A DNA stretch of 32,000 nucleotides from Bacillus subtilis subsp. subtilis str. 168 (lineage in GTDB: Bacteria; Bacillota; Bacilli; Bacillales; Bacillaceae). Positions 7,811 through 17,129 of the stretch are shown here, in pieces. Location: NCBI RefSeq assembly GCF_000009045.1, contig NC_000964.3, positions 450,001 through 482,000 of the forward strand, in the 5' to 3' direction. Made by a program: the position numbers and the translations under genes. Under the pieces are notes generated by a model that was given only the letters and a program-made list of their open reading frames with translations, was not told the origin of the DNA and ran no database searches. Each line of letters begins with the position of its first letter. The stretch's first letter is position 1.

Positions 7811-9025
7811 ATGGAGCAGCAGAAAAAGACAGCAGGAAAAAAAGCGGGCAGCTGGTCATTGCTGATGGGCGCCGCCTTTTTAATGGCGACATCAGCAATC
7901 GGACCGGGTTTCCTCACCCAAACCGCAACATTCACAAACACACTCGCAGCAAGCTTCGGTTTTGTCATCTTAATCTCTATTATTTTAGATATTTTCGCCC
8001 AAACCAATGTGTGGCGCATCATCGCAGTTTCTGGAAAACGAGGTCAGGAAATTGCGAATATGGTGCTTCCCGGACTGGGGTATTTCATCGCCATTCTCGT
8101 CGTGCTTGGCGGACTAGCTTTTAATATTGGGAATATCGGAGGGGCCGGGCTGGGACTTCAGGTGCTGTTCGGCATTACACCTGAAACAGGCGCTTTAATC
8201 AGTGCCGTTATCGCCATTTTGATTTTTGTCATCAAGGAAGCAGGAAAAGCGATGGACCGTTTTACGCAAATCGCGGGGTTCGTGATGATTATTTTAACGG
8301 TCTACGTTGCGGCGACGACAGCTCCTCCGGTCGGACAGGCAGTCGCAAATACATTCGTCCCGGAACACATCAGCATATTTGCCATTGTCACCCTAGTGGG
8401 CGGAACCGTCGGCGGTTATATCACATTTGCCGGAGGACACCGTTTGCTTGATGCCGGAATTAAAGGAAAGGAATCCATTCCGCAGGTGACAAAGAGCTCG
8501 GTTGTCGGCATTTTAATTACATCTGTCATGCGTATCGCTCTTTTTCTTGCGGTTCTAGGCGTTGTATCGAAAGGCCTGCACATCGATGAAAGCAACCCGG
8601 CGGCTTCTGTCTTCAAGCTGGCTGCTGGAAATGTCGGTTATAAAATTTTCGGATTGATCATGTGGTCTGCGGCGATTACGTCTGTTATTGGAGCAGCCTA
8701 TACATCTGTTTCATTTTTTAAAACCTTTTCTCCAAAAATTGAAAAGAATTCACGCGGTATTATTATCGGATTTATTGTGGTTTCTACGTTAGCTTTTGTC
8801 ACAATCGGCCAGCCTGCGAAGATCCTCGTCCTTGTCGGTTCACTGAACGGCTTAATTCTGCCGATTGCGCTCGGAACGCTGCTTGTTGCCGCCTACAAGA
8901 AAAACATTGTCGGTGATTATAAGCATCCGCTTTGGCTGACAAGCACAGGCGCGCTTGTAGTGATTGTAATGGCAGTTATGGGAATCTACACGTTATGTAC
9001 ACAACTTCCTCAATTGTGGAGCTGA
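7811..9025 (+). CDS. ycsG: NRAMP-superfamily-like membrane transporter
   Basis: About 11 hydrophobic segments; N-terminus ATSAIGPGFLTQTATF; AAGGAGG before ATG 7811. Confidence 0.88.
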   Translation: MEQQKKTAGKKAGSWSLLMGAAFLMATSAIGPGFLTQTATFTNTLAASFGFVILISIILDIFAQTNVWRIIAVSGKRGQEIANMVLPGLGYFIAILVVLGGLAFNIGNIGGAGLGLQVLFGITPETGALISAVIAILIFVIKEAGKAMDRFTQIAGFVMIILTVYVAATTAPPVGQAVANTFVPEHISIFAIVTLVGGTVGGYITFAGGHRLLDAGIKGKESIPQVTKSSVVGILITSVMRIALFLAVLGVVSKGLHIDESNPAASVFKLAAGNVGYKIFGLIMWSAAITSVIGAAYTSVSFFKTFSPKIEKNSRGIIIGFIVVSTLAFVTIGQPAKILVLVGSLNGLILPIALGTLLVAAYKKNIVGDYKHPLWLTSTGALVVIVMAVMGIYTLCTQLPQLWS

Positions 9026-9030
9026 TATAA

Positions 9031-9822
9031 GTGGAGCAATTAAACAAAATGGCGCCAAAGGATGTACGCGCCCTGATACGAGAGGGGAAAATAAACGGGC
9101 CGACCGCAGGCATGTCCGGCGGCTACGCCCAAGCGAATCTTGTGGTTTTGAAAAAGGACCTTGCGTTTGATTTTCTGCTGTTTTGCCAGCGAAATCAAAA
9201 GCCCTGCCCCGTGCTGGATGTGACTGAAGCAGGTTCGCCTGTGCCGTCTCTGGCTGCGCCGGATGCTGATATCAGAACGGACTTTCCGAAATACCGTATT
9301 TACAGGCACGGTATCCTAACGGAAGAAGTATCTGATATTACGCCATACTGGGAGGACGATTTTGTCGGCTTTCTGATCGGATGCAGTTTCTCCTTTGAAC
9401 AGGCACTGATCAATAATGGGATAGCTGTCCGGCATATTGATGAGGGGACAAACGTCTCAATGTATAAAACGAATATCGATTGTGTTCCGGCGGGGGCGTT
9501 TCACGGACAGATGGTTGTCAGCATGAGGCCGGTTCCTGAACGGCTGGCTGTACGTGCTGCACAAGTGACCTCGCGTTTTCCGGCTGTGCACGGAGGGCCG
9601 ATCCATATTGGCAATCCGGGAGCAATCGGGATTCGCGATCTCGGGAAACCGGATTTCGGAGATGCCGTTTCCATTCGTGACGGCGAGGTTCCTGTTTTTT
9701 GGGCATGCGGAGTGACCCCGCAAGCCGTGGCTATGAATGTAAAGCCTGAAATGGTCATCACACATGCGCCGGGGCATATGCTCATCACAGATATTCGAGA
9801 CGAGTCGCTTGCGGTGCTGTAG
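9031..9822 (+). CDS. ycsI: DUF1445 / D-glutamate cyclase family protein (putative hydro-lyase)
   Basis: MAPKDVRALIREGKINGPTAGMSGGYAQANLV; IGCSFSFEQAL; ITHAPGHMLITD. GTG 9031 or ATG 9049 (257 aa) are both possible starts. Confidence 0.88.
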   Translation: MEQLNKMAPKDVRALIREGKINGPTAGMSGGYAQANLVVLKKDLAFDFLLFCQRNQKPCPVLDVTEAGSPVPSLAAPDADIRTDFPKYRIYRHGILTEEVSDITPYWEDDFVGFLIGCSFSFEQALINNGIAVRHIDEGTNVSMYKTNIDCVPAGAFHGQMVVSMRPVPERLAVRAAQVTSRFPAVHGGPIHIGNPGAIGIRDLGKPDFGDAVSIRDGEVPVFWACGVTPQAVAMNVKPEMVITHAPGHMLITDIRDESLAVL

Positions 9823-9866
9823 CCTCTCGTCATCCTGATGAACGAGAATTAAAAGAGGTGAGAAAG

Positions 9867-10589
9867 ATGACTGTACGATATCAAATCGAACAGCTCGGTG
9901 ATTCTGCAATGATGATCCGATTCGGAGAAGAAATCAATGAACAGGTCAACGGCATTGTCCATGCAGCGGCCGCTTATATAGAAGAACAGCCATTTCCGGG
10001 ATTCATTGAATGTATCCCGGCTTTTACAAGTCTAACCGTATTTTATGATATGTATGAAGTGTACAAGCATTTGCCTCAAGGCATAAGCTCACCTTTTGAG
10101 AGTGTCAAGCGCGATGTCGAAGAGCGGCTGGCAGAAATAGCCGAAGACTATGAGGTCAACCGCCGTATTGTAGAAATTCCCGTTTGCTATGGCGGTGAAT
10201 TCGGTCCGGATTTAGAAGAGGTGGCGAAGATCAATCAACTGTCACCGGAGGAAGTAATCGACATTCATACAAACGGTGAATATGTGGTGTATATGCTTGG
10301 CTTCGCGCCCGGTTTTCCTTTTCTAGGCGGGATGTCAAAACGCATTGCAGCTCCGAGAAAATCATCGCCAAGACCGTCGATTCCCGCAGGTTCGGTCGGT
10401 ATTGCGGGATTGCAGACAGGCGTTTATCCGATTTCAACGCCGGGCGGCTGGCAGCTGATCGGCAAAACGCCGCTGGCTCTTTTCCGGCCGCAGGAAAACC
10501 CGCCGACATTGCTGCGGGCGGGAGATATTGTGAAATTCGTTCGCATCTCAGAAAAAGACTATCACGCCTATAAGGAGGAGTCCAATTGA
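9867..10589 (+). CDS. pxpB (kipI): 5-oxoprolinase subunit B / KinA inhibitor KipI
   Basis: [17 protein letters not shown]; [14 protein letters not shown]; [14 protein letters not shown]; ATG 9867 after AGAGGTG. Confidence 0.95.
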
Positions 10590-11599
10590 GCATGAAAGTA
10601 TTAAAGCCCGGACTGCTCACAACGGTTCAGGATATAGGCAGAACGGGTTACCAAAAATACGGCGTTCTGGCCAGCGGCGCTATGGACACGGTTTCACTGC
10701 GCATTGCCAATCTGTTGATAGGAAACGGCGAAAATGAAGCAGGTCTCGAAATAACGATGATGGGGCCCGGTCCGTCGTTTCATTTTTCAAAACAGACACT
10801 GATTGCTGTGACAGGGGCGGACTTCACGCTGCGTATTAATGACGAGGAAGCGCCTTTATGGAAGCCTGTGCTCATCAAGGAAAACAGCACGGTCAGCTTT
10901 GGCCCCTGCAAACTCGGCAGCCGTGCTTATTTGGCGGCAGCTGGCGGCATTGAGGTGCCTGCCGTCATGGAAAGTAAAAGCACATACGTCAGAGGAAGCA
11001 TTGGCGGACTTCATGGCAGAGCGCTTCAAAAAGAAGATGAACTGAACATTGGAGAGATGTCAGCTCTTTCGCAAACCATCCTTTCTCGCTTAAGTTCGCA
11101 GCTTGGAAAACAGGGATTTGCAGCACCGAAGTGGTCAGTCAGCCGCGGCAGATTTCTGCCATTGAAGAAGAATCCCGTCATTCGGGTGCTGGAAGGAAAG
11201 CAATTTGCCTTTTTCACAGAAGAATCAAAAACGCGTTTTTATGAAGAAGCATTTCGTGTCACGCCGCAGTCCGACCGTATGGGCTACAGGCTCAAAGGAG
11301 AACCGCTCGAACTGAAGGCCCCGCTTGAGATGGTGTCGGAAGCGGTTTCATTCGGAACAGTTCAGGTGCCGCCTGACGGCAACCCGATTATCCTGCTTGC
11401 AGACCGGCAGACGACTGGCGGCTATCCGAGGATCGCGCACATCATATCCGCTGATCTTCCGATTGTTTCCCAAATCATGCCGGGCGAGCACGTTCAGTTT
11501 GAGCCTGTGTCCCTCCAGGAGGCAGAAGCGCTTGCGGTAGAACGGGAACAGCATATAAAAGAACTGAAAACGAGAATGAAGATGGAATGGCTGACATAG
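10586..11599 (+). CDS. pxpC (kipA): 5-oxoprolinase subunit C / KipA (antagonist of KipI)
   Basis: [23 protein letters not shown]; [19 protein letters not shown] 10586 fits the AAGGAGGAG spacing; ATG 10592 is the alternative (335 aa). Confidence 0.95.
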
Positions 11600-11614
11600 C
11601 AAAGGGGATGAATG

Positions 11615-12367
11615 ATGCAGAATAAAAATAAAACCGTAGTCAAATCTATGGCGCTGCTTAATTTGTTTTTGCATAAACCAAGCCTAACCTTAAGTGAACT
11701 GGTGTCGCTGACGGGAATGCCGAAGACCTCTGTTCACCGGATGGTCAGCTCCTTGGAGGAAATGGGGTTCCTCAGTCGGGATGCGTCCGGCGCTTATTCG
11801 CTGGGATTGGTGTTTTTGGAATTCGGACAGCTTGTCGCTGACAGGCTGGATATCAGAAAAATAGCGAAACCGGTGATGGAAGAGCTGTGCCGGGAAGTGG
11901 ATGAGGCCGTGCAGTTGATCATGAGGGACGGCAATGAAGCGATATACGTTGAGAAAATAGAAGGGACACAGACTGTGCGGCTGTATACGGCGATCGGCAG
12001 GCGTTCCCCCCTATACGCGGGAGCGTGCGCCAGAAGCATTCTGTCCTTTCTTCCCCGTGAAGAAATCGAAGCATACATCAAACAAACCGAGCTCATTTCG
12101 ATTGGCTCCGGAACGATTACCGATCCCGAAAAACTGCTTCAGGAGATTGATGCCTCTGTGCAAAATGGCTATACTGTCAGCTATTCAGAGCTCGAAAACT
12201 ATACGGCGGCGATCGGCGCCCCGATCTTTAACCATGAGCGCCAGGTGGCAGCCGGCATTAGCATTGCAGGCTTTGAAGCGAGATTTACAGAAGACAGGCT
12301 GCCCTATTTAACAGAAAAGGTGAAGGACGCCGCTTTACAGATTTCAAGAAAAATAGGATATACATAA
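11615..12367 (+). CDS. kipR: IclR-family transcriptional regulator of the kip operon
   Basis: N-terminal winged HTH (LTLSELVSLTGMPKTSVHRMVSSLEEMGFL); IclR effector domain; preceded by GGGGATG. Confidence 0.93.
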   Translation: MQNKNKTVVKSMALLNLFLHKPSLTLSELVSLTGMPKTSVHRMVSSLEEMGFLSRDASGAYSLGLVFLEFGQLVADRLDIRKIAKPVMEELCREVDEAVQLIMRDGNEAIYVEKIEGTQTVRLYTAIGRRSPLYAGACARSILSFLPREEIEAYIKQTELISIGSGTITDPEKLLQEIDASVQNGYTVSYSELENYTAAIGAPIFNHERQVAAGISIAGFEARFTEDRLPYLTEKVKDAALQISRKIGYT

Positions 12368-12430
12368 GTAGCCAATCTTTTCTCTGCTGCGTACATTAAC
12401 GTATCGACGTTCAAGAGTGGAGGAAAGAAC

Positions 12431-13072
12431 ATGGTGCTTCGATATACAGCTCTGGGCGATTCCTTGACGACAGGGAGAGGCTCCGGGCTGTTTTCACCCG
12501 GCTTCGTCCAGCGTTTTGGGGACATGATGGAAGCTGACTTGAAAACAAGAACGGCAATAAACATATTTGCCAGATCAGGTCTGAATACAGAAGAGATTTT
12601 GGGACTCCTGTCATATCCCTATGTGCAAAAATGTATTCGAGATGCTGATATGATAACGATCACAGGGTGCGGAAACGATCTCATCGATTCGGTCTTAGCC
12701 TACCAAACCTCTAAGGATGAAACGATTTTCAGCCGTGTATCCGCCCATTGCCATGAGAATTTTGAAAAGATGATTGCCAAAGTCGCCGAGATTAAAGGAG
12801 AAAATCCTTCCCCGTACGCCATTCGTGTGTTCAACTTATACAATCCGTTTCCCGAAATTGATATCGCCGGCAAATGGATCACTTCGTTTAATTCACATTT
12901 AGAAACACTTGCATCAGCACCCCATGTCAAAATCGCGGATGCCTATAGCATCTTCAAAGGCAAAGAACAGGAATATCTGTCCTTTGACGGTGTCCATCCG
13001 AACAGCAAAGGCTATCAAGCGATGGCTGAAGCCGTTCACAAGCTAGGCTATAAAGAATTATCAGTTTCATAG
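12431..13072 (+). CDS. lipC: GDSL/SGNH-family lipase (spore-associated phospholipase LipC)
   Basis: [13 protein letters not shown] block I; TGCGNDL; [11 protein letters not shown]. Confidence 0.92.
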
Positions 13073-13073
13073 A

Positions 13074-13103
13074 AAACGCGCCTCATGACAGGCGCGTTTT
13101 TTA
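13074..13103 (+). terminator. Intrinsic terminator of lipC
   Basis: aaacgcgcc-tcatgaca-ggcgcgtttttt. Confidence 0.9.
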
Positions 13104-13244
13104 TGTGTGATCGAAATATTAAAAGAAACTTAAAATTCTCTGTCTTCTGTTCTACAGACAAACAAAGTGCGCTAGAATAATGGAGGGCGTAGGCAAATAT
13201 AGCCATAACGTTCAATATTTCGTATATAAGGAAGGATGGTCCTT

Positions 13245-13490
13245 TTGTTTCGGATTTTTAAAATGTCTTTTGCGGTTATCATTATTATACTGGCGCTTAT
13301 TGCTTTTAACTATACGGAACACACCTCTGTAATCCAATCGGTCATGCTCGTCTTTCTTGGTGCGGTCATGTTTATGCAGGGGCTTGAAGAGCGCAAAAAA
13401 GAAAATGACGGCTCAGGCGCTTTTAATATTTATACCGCCGTTTTTGTATGGTCTGTCTCCCTTATCGGTTTTACACTTCATATTATATAA
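13245..13490 (+). CDS. yczI: Small membrane protein, DUF3953-like, 81 aa
   Basis: Three short hydrophobic stretches. A TTG start about 9 nt after AAGGAAGG fits better than the track ATG at 13236, which abuts it. Confidence 0.7.
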   Translation: MFRIFKMSFAVIIIILALIAFNYTEHTSVIQSVMLVFLGAVMFMQGLEERKKENDGSGAFNIYTAVFVWSVSLIGFTLHII

Positions 13491-13495
13491 ATCTA

Positions 13496-13783
13496 TTACA
13501 CATCCTGAAAATGCTCGACCGTCGGGAACGGGGTATAGAACCGATGAAGCAAGGCTTTCCACTCTTGATACTCTGAAGAACCGCGAAAGCCTTCCGTATG
13601 GTCCTCAAGTGTTTCCCACTCCACAAGAAGCAGATATTTATGCGTTTCCTCCATGCATTTTGATAACGAGTGAGTGATATAGCCCTTCATGCCGGAAATA
13701 ATCGGCGCAGCTTGCCGGAATGCATCCTCAAACTCTTGTTCAAGGCCTTCTTTAATGTGAAGCATTGCTGCCTCTCTGACCAT
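13496..13783 (-). CDS. yczJ: Antibiotic biosynthesis monooxygenase (ABM) domain protein
   Basis: MLHIKEGLEQEFEDAFRQAAPIISGMKGYITHSL...YLLLVEWETLEDHTEGFRGSSEY. Confidence 0.8.
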   Translation of the reverse strand: MVREAAMLHIKEGLEQEFEDAFRQAAPIISGMKGYITHSLSKCMEETHKYLLLVEWETLEDHTEGFRGSSEYQEWKALLHRFYTPFPTVEHFQDV

Positions 13784-13933
13784 GCTATCCCTTCTTTCTG
13801 TCTTTTCAAATAGTCTACAGCAAACGATAGGAGATTTCTGCAAAATCGGTGAACTTTTCCTTCATTTTCAAAAAAATCTTGCACGCACCAATTCAATTAA
13901 GAGAAAATAACAAGTGGAAGGCAGGGGAAAGTC

Positions 13934-15940
13934 ATGTTAAAAAAGTGTATTCTACTAGTATTTCTATGCGTCGGATTGATTGGGTTAATCGGATGCTCCA
14001 AAACAGATTCACCAGAGGATCGCATGGAAGCATTCGTGAAACAGTGGAACGATCAGCAATTCGATGACATGTATCAAAGCCTGACTAAAGATGTCAAAAA
14101 AGAAATCTCCAAAAAAGATTTCGTCAACAGGTATAAAGCCATCTATGAGCAGGCCGGCGTAAAAAATTTGAAAGTCACTGCGGGAGAAGTAGATAAGGAC
14201 GATCAAGACAACAAGACGATGAAACATATCCCGTATAAAGTCAGCATGAACACAAATGCCGGCAAAGTCAGCTTCAAGAATACTGCTGTGCTGAAATTAG
14301 AAAAAACAGATGACGAGGAGTCATGGAATATAGATTGGGACCCATCGTTTATTTTCAAGCAGCTGGCTGACGACAAAACCGTGCAAATTATGAGCATTGA
14401 ACCGAAACGAGGCCAAATTTACGATAAAAATGGAAAAGGCTTAGCCGTCAATACAGATGTTCCGGAAATTGGAATTGTTCCCGGAGAGCTTGGCGATAAA
14501 AAAGAGAAAGTCATAAAAGAACTCGCCAAAAAACTTGATTTGACTGAAGACGACATCAAGAAAAAGCTGGATCAAGGCTGGGTAAAAGACGATTCGTTTG
14601 TGCCGCTCAAAAAGGTCAAGCCTGACCAGGAGAAATTAGTTTCTGAAGCGACGTCATTACAAGGCGTAACAAGAACGAATGTCAGCTCCCGCTACTATCC
14701 GTATGGCGAAAAGACAGCCCATTTGACAGGCTATGTCCGCGCCATTACAGCGGAAGAACTGAAGAAAAAGAAAGAAGGAACGTACAGCGATACGTCTAAC
14801 ATCGGTATCGCCGGACTTGAAAATGTGTATGAAGACAAGCTAAGAGGCACAACTGGCTGGAAAATCTACGTGCCGCAAACCGGGGAAGTCATCGCTGAAA
14901 AGAAAGCAAAGGACGGCGAGGATCTTCACCTCACAATTGATATCAAAACGCAAATGAAGCTGTATGATGAACTGAAGGATGACAGCGGGGCGGCAGTCGC
15001 GCTGCAGCCGAAGACAGGCGAAACACTCGCCCTTGTCAGCGCGCCTTCCTACGATCCAAACGGATTTATTTTCGGCTGGAGCGATAAGGAATGGAAAAAG
15101 CTAAACAAAGATAAAAACAATCCGTTTTCAGCGAAATTCAATAAGACATACGCGCCAGGTTCTACCATTAAACCGATTGCGGCTGCTATTGGAATCAAAA
15201 ACGGCACCCTTAAAGCCGATGAGAAGAAAACAATCAAAGGCAAGGAGTGGCAAAAAGATTCAAGCTGGGGCGGCTATTCAGTGACACGTGTGTCTGAGAG
15301 ACTTCAACAAGTCGATTTGGAAAACGCCCTTATTACGTCAGACAATATTTATTTTGCCCAGAATGCGCTTGATATGGGAGCGGACACCTTTACAAAAGGC
15401 TTGAAGACATTCGGTTTTTCAGAGGACGTTCCGTACGAATTCCCGATCCAGAAATCGTCTATTGCAAATGACAAGCTTGATTCAGACATTTTGCTTGCGG
15501 ATACAGGCTACGGACAAGGGCAAATGCAAATGTCTCCGCTTCACTTGGCAACTGCTTACACGCCATTTGTTGACAATGGAGACCTTGTCAAACCGACGCT
15601 GATCAAAAAAGATTCACAAACAGCTGATGTTTGGCACAAGCAAGTGGTCACGAAGGAAGGAGCGGCAGACATTACAAAAGGTCTGAAAGGCGTTGTGGAA
15701 GATGAGCGCGGATCAGCGTATCAGCCTGTCGTGAAAGGAATCACAGTGGCTGGAAAAACAGGAACAGCCGAGCTGAAAACATCAAAAGATGATAAAGACG
15801 GCACGGAAAATGGCTGGTTTGTCGGCTACGATTACGAAAACAAAGACCTGCTTGTCGCCATGATGATCCAAAATGTGCAGGACCGCGGCGGCAGCCACTA
15901 TGTCGTTGAGAAAGCGAAAAAGCAATTTCAATCGAATTAA
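13934..15940 (+). CDS. pbpC: Class B penicillin-binding protein 3 (MecA-like N-terminal domain, lipoprotein signal)
   Basis: Lipobox LIGLIGCS; active-site STIK (GSTIKPIAA), SDN, KTGTAE motifs. Confidence 0.95.
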   Translation: MLKKCILLVFLCVGLIGLIGCSKTDSPEDRMEAFVKQWNDQQFDDMYQSLTKDVKKEISKKDFVNRYKAIYEQAGVKNLKVTAGEVDKDDQDNKTMKHIPYKVSMNTNAGKVSFKNTAVLKLEKTDDEESWNIDWDPSFIFKQLADDKTVQIMSIEPKRGQIYDKNGKGLAVNTDVPEIGIVPGELGDKKEKVIKELAKKLDLTEDDIKKKLDQGWVKDDSFVPLKKVKPDQEKLVSEATSLQGVTRTNVSSRYYPYGEKTAHLTGYVRAITAEELKKKKEGTYSDTSNIGIAGLENVYEDKLRGTTGWKIYVPQTGEVIAEKKAKDGEDLHLTIDIKTQMKLYDELKDDSGAAVALQPKTGETLALVSAPSYDPNGFIFGWSDKEWKKLNKDKNNPFSAKFNKTYAPGSTIKPIAAAIGIKNGTLKADEKKTIKGKEWQKDSSWGGYSVTRVSERLQQVDLENALITSDNIYFAQNALDMGADTFTKGLKTFGFSEDVPYEFPIQKSSIANDKLDSDILLADTGYGQGQMQMSPLHLATAYTPFVDNGDLVKPTLIKKDSQTADVWHKQVVTKEGAADITKGLKGVVEDERGSAYQPVVKGITVAGKTGTAELKTSKDDKDGTENGWFVGYDYENKDLLVAMMIQNVQDRGGSHYVVEKAKKQFQSN

Positions 15941-16041
15941 AATGTCTTTTTAAAAGGAGCGAAAGGAAAAAGGGGATCTGAGGCCGAATGAACTAGTAAG
16001 GGGGCAAAACCCGGTTTATACAAAGAAAAGAGGGATTTTGC

Positions 16042-16944
16042 ATGCAGCGTATTCAATTGGCGGAGGATCTTCAATTTTCAAGAGTCATACACGGGCTTTG
16101 GCGGCTGAATGAATGGAACTATTCAGATGCTGAACTTCTAAGCCTCATTGAATGGTGTATCGATCACGGCATCACGACCTTTGATCATGCGGATATTTAT
16201 GGAGGCTATACGTGCGAAAAGCTGTTTGGAAACGCCCTTGCCCTTTCGCCTGGATTAAGAGAAAACATAGAGTTGGTCACAAAATGCGGTATCGTTCTTG
16301 AATCGCCTGAACGGCCCGCTCACAGATCGCATCATTATAACACAAGCAAATCGCATATTTTGGCATCCGTTGAGCAATCGCTTATGAACCTTAGGACGGA
16401 TTATATCGATATGCTTTTGATTCACAGACCGGACCCGCTCATGGATCCGGAGGGGGTAGCAGAGGCGTTTCAGGCCTTGAAATGCTCTGGCAAGGTCAGG
16501 TACTTTGGCGTTTCAAATTTTAAAGATCACCAGTATCGGATGCTGGAATCATATTTGCCTGAGAAGCTCGTAACCAACCAGATTGAGCTTTCCGCATACG
16601 AATTAGAAAATATGCTCGACGGCACTTTGAACCTGTGCCAGGAAAAACGGATTCCGCCGATGGCTTGGTCGCCTCTGGCAGGCGGCAAAGTATTCACTGA
16701 AAACACGGATAAAGACCGACGTGTCCGTACGGCGCTTGAATCCGTCCAAGGGGAAATCGGCGCCGCTTCATTGGACGAGGTGATGTACGCATGGCTGTAT
16801 ACGCATCCGGCCGGCATCATGCCGATTGTCGGAAGCGGAAAGCGCGAGCGGATTTCCGCCGCGATAAATGCGTTGTCATACAAGCTTGACCAGGATCAAT
16901 GGTTCCGCATTTTTACAGCCGTACAGGGTTACGATATTCCATAA
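16042..16944 (+). CDS. ycsN: Aldo/keto reductase family oxidoreductase
   Basis: FDHADIYGGYTCEKLFG; LLIHRPDPL; YFGVSNF. Confidence 0.92.
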   Translation: MQRIQLAEDLQFSRVIHGLWRLNEWNYSDAELLSLIEWCIDHGITTFDHADIYGGYTCEKLFGNALALSPGLRENIELVTKCGIVLESPERPAHRSHHYNTSKSHILASVEQSLMNLRTDYIDMLLIHRPDPLMDPEGVAEAFQALKCSGKVRYFGVSNFKDHQYRMLESYLPEKLVTNQIELSAYELENMLDGTLNLCQEKRIPPMAWSPLAGGKVFTENTDKDRRVRTALESVQGEIGAASLDEVMYAWLYTHPAGIMPIVGSGKRERISAAINALSYKLDQDQWFRIFTAVQGYDIP

Positions 16945-16974
16945 AAAGCATCAGTTTACCAGCTGATGCTTTTT
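16943..16974 (+). terminator. Intrinsic terminator of ycsN
   Basis: aaaaagcatcag-tttacc-(a)gctgatgcttttt. Confidence 0.88.
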
Positions 16975-17031
16975 CAATATTGTCACACCGCTTAGTGCCA
17001 AATTACCATTTATAAGTGATTGATTCTTTCT

Positions 17032-17045
17032 TGAAAGCGTTTTAT
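17032..17045 (+). promoter_or_regulatory. cre-like (CcpA) site upstream of mtlR
   Basis: TGAAAGCGTTTTAT: matches TGWAANCGNTNWCA except for the last two positions. Confidence 0.45.
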
Positions 17046-17129
17046 ATTAAAAGGAAACCTCTCTATATCCTCTACTGCATCTCCTTGCGACTTCATCCGC
17101 ACATCAAGATTGGCTAGGAGGTCTTTTTT

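Noticed and set aside
9457-9909. 150-aa and 110-aa minus-strand ORFs antisense to ycsI
   Set aside because: Opposite a conserved CDS; overlapping multi-frame openness is typical of GC-richer coding DNA, and no start or ribosome-binding support was seen.
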